This document shows, piece by piece, positions 62,441-64,000 of a stretch of 64,000 nucleotides of DNA. A program made the translations under genes and the position numbers. Every line of letters starts with the position of its first letter. Position 1 is the stretch's first letter. The notes under the pieces were generated by a model. That model worked only from the letters and a program-made list of their open reading frames with translations. It did not search any database and had not been told where the DNA came from. The DNA comes from a bacterium (GTDB lineage Bacteria > UBA8248), in assembly GCA_965202625.1 (NCBI GenBank), contig CBDBBI010000010.1, positions 2,464,001-2,528,000 on the forward strand, read 5' to 3'.

Positions 62441-62887
62441 TTACTTTTTTACCTTGCCGAACACAAATTCTCCGACGAGCTTTTCGATGTCAATCGGGGG
62501 TTCCGTCTCCCGAATCCGCCCGCCCGGGAGGATGATTTTTTCCGCTCCCCCTTGACTGAGACTGACGTATTTATCGCCCAGAATCCCTTTCGTGCGAATG
62601 GAGGCGATGGCGTCTCGGGAGAGCTCGACGTTCTCATCAAGACGGAGTGTGAGTTTCGCGTCTTCCCCGTCCAGGGAGATTTCGCGCACCCGCCCGATTT
62701 GCACGCCCGCCATTTCCACGGGCGCGCCACGCCGCAATCCCGTGGCGCTCGTGAATTTCGCCGAAACCTCGTATGTGCCGGCGTCGAAAATATCGAGACC
62801 GCCGAGCGTGACGGACAGATAGGCGAGGGCGAGGACTCCCGCCAGAACGAATAGGCCGACGCCGAGTTCCACGTTTTTCCGGGACAA
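62441..62887 (-). CDS. mlaD: MCE-domain protein MlaD
   Basis: VGLFV, GLRRGAPVEMAGVQIGRV, IRTKGILGDKYV. Confidence 0.92.
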   Translation of the reverse strand: MSRKNVELGVGLFVLAGVLALAYLSVTLGGLDIFDAGTYEVSAKFTSATGLRRGAPVEMAGVQIGRVREISLDGEDAKLTLRLDENVELSRDAIASIRTKGILGDKYVSLSQGGAEKIILPGGRIRETEPPIDIEKLVGEFVFGKVKK

Positions 62888-62900
62888 CGCCCTTCCTTCC

Positions 62901-63689
62901 CTAGATGAAAATTGAGGTGAGGAAATAATCGCTCACCAGTATGAGGACGGAGGACAAAACCACGGCCGAGGTGGTCGCCTTTCCCACTCCCTCGGCCCCA
63001 TGGCCGCAATGATATCCCTTATAGCAGCAAATCCACGTCACGAGCATGCCGAAGACGATGGATTTCCATACGCCGACGTTGATGTCGTGCATCTCGATCT
63101 TGTCCTGCATCTCTCCGAAAAAAGCACCCGAGCTGAGTCCCATCAACTCCACGCCCACGAGGTAAGCCCCGAATATGCCGATGAGGTCGCAAAGCGCCGT
63201 GAGCAGGGGGAATACTATCACGCCCGCCAGCAGACGGGGAGAGACGAGACGCTGCAAAGGACTGACGGCCATGCTCTTGAGAGCGTCCACCTGCTCGGTG
63301 ATCCGCATGATGCCGATCTCGGCCGTCATGGCGGATCCCGCTCTTCCCGTGACGACGAGAGCGGTGAGAACCGGCCCGAGTTCCCGAATGAGGCTAAAGG
63401 CCACGGCGGGCCCTAGAAAGGCTTCGGAGCCGAACTTTCTAAAAGCATAGATTCCCTGGAGGGCCAAAACCATTCCGGTGAACAAACCCGTCAGCAAGAC
63501 GATGGAGAGCGAGCCCGTACCGATGACGTATATCTGGCGCGTTAGGAGCGAGGCTCGCCAGGGAGGGATGAAAATCCACTGAATGGACTCACCCAGAAAA
63601 ATCGTGGCGGCTCCCATCCCCTCGACGACTTCCATCACGCGCCGGCCTAGCGTCCTGACGCCTTCCTTCGTCATCCTGGTAAAGCTCAT
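62901..63689 (-). CDS. mlaE: Lipid asymmetry ABC permease MlaE
   Basis: RELGPVLTAL, GRAGSAMTAEIG.MRITEQVDAL, GAEGVGKATT; start uncertain. Confidence 0.92.
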   Translation of the reverse strand: MSFTRMTKEGVRTLGRRVMEVVEGMGAATIFLGESIQWIFIPPWRASLLTRQIYVIGTGSLSIVLLTGLFTGMVLALQGIYAFRKFGSEAFLGPAVAFSLIRELGPVLTALVVTGRAGSAMTAEIGIMRITEQVDALKSMAVSPLQRLVSPRLLAGVIVFPLLTALCDLIGIFGAYLVGVELMGLSSGAFFGEMQDKIEMHDINVGVWKSIVFGMLVTWICCYKGYHCGHGAEGVGKATTSAVVLSSVLILVSDYFLTSIFI

Positions 63690-64000
63690 CGGCTTGGGCC
63701 TTCTATTCCTCATCGTGAGCAAGTATAGTGGGCATCGTTGAATGAACGAGAATTTCCGGATGCGATGGGCGGCAAGAACCAATCCCTAGTATATCGTCTC
63801 CGGGGGTGGGGAATCAACGCCCAAGCGCGCGGGCGACTGCCTTCTTCTGGGGGAGTTCTTTACATGAGAAACAAAGCGGTCGGACCCCTCTCCAGGTACG
63901 TCGGGTATGGCGTGCGCGCTCACATGGCCGATTTTGCGCAAATCACCCTGTTTTTTGTCATGATTTACGTGCCGGTATCGGTGGTCGCGCTCTCGCTTCA

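Noticed and set aside
63864-64000. Partial plus-strand ORF (MRNKAVGPLSRY...)
   Set aside because: Truncated by the window edge and too short to assign.

Overview
A GC-rich bacterial chromosome segment. The right half (27.6-64 kb) is mostly housekeeping: ftsH, folE2, metH, tRNA-Leu, tig-clpP-clpX, tRNA-Val, thrS-infC-rpmI-rplT-pheST, zapB-zapA-6S RNA-5-FTHF cyclo-ligase-rny-ymdB, a methylmalonyl-CoA mutase subunit, alaS and mlaEDC. The left half is accessory. (1) A sugar-type ABC operon whose ATPase has a ~160-aa membrane-spanning insert, and a TAXI-TRAP system with an oversized permease. (2) An 8-kb head-to-tail array of six ankyrin genes (about 53 internal repeats by hand count). They share one N-cap/repeat/C-cap scaffold, vary mainly at ligand-binding positions, carry three different export states, are separated by a conserved structured spacer and sit behind a HEPN RNase gene. 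The array looks like a natural, recombination-shuffled DARPin-like library. (3) A cargo slot between the convergent cupin and pdxH genes, duplicated through a 12-bp microhomology, with a different defence-like cassette in each copy (ABC-ATPase + nuclease; membrane protein + TIR). (4) A low-GC two-gene islet (small protein + GHKL ATPase) between tRNA-Leu and tig. All calls come from reading motifs by eye; no database searches were run.
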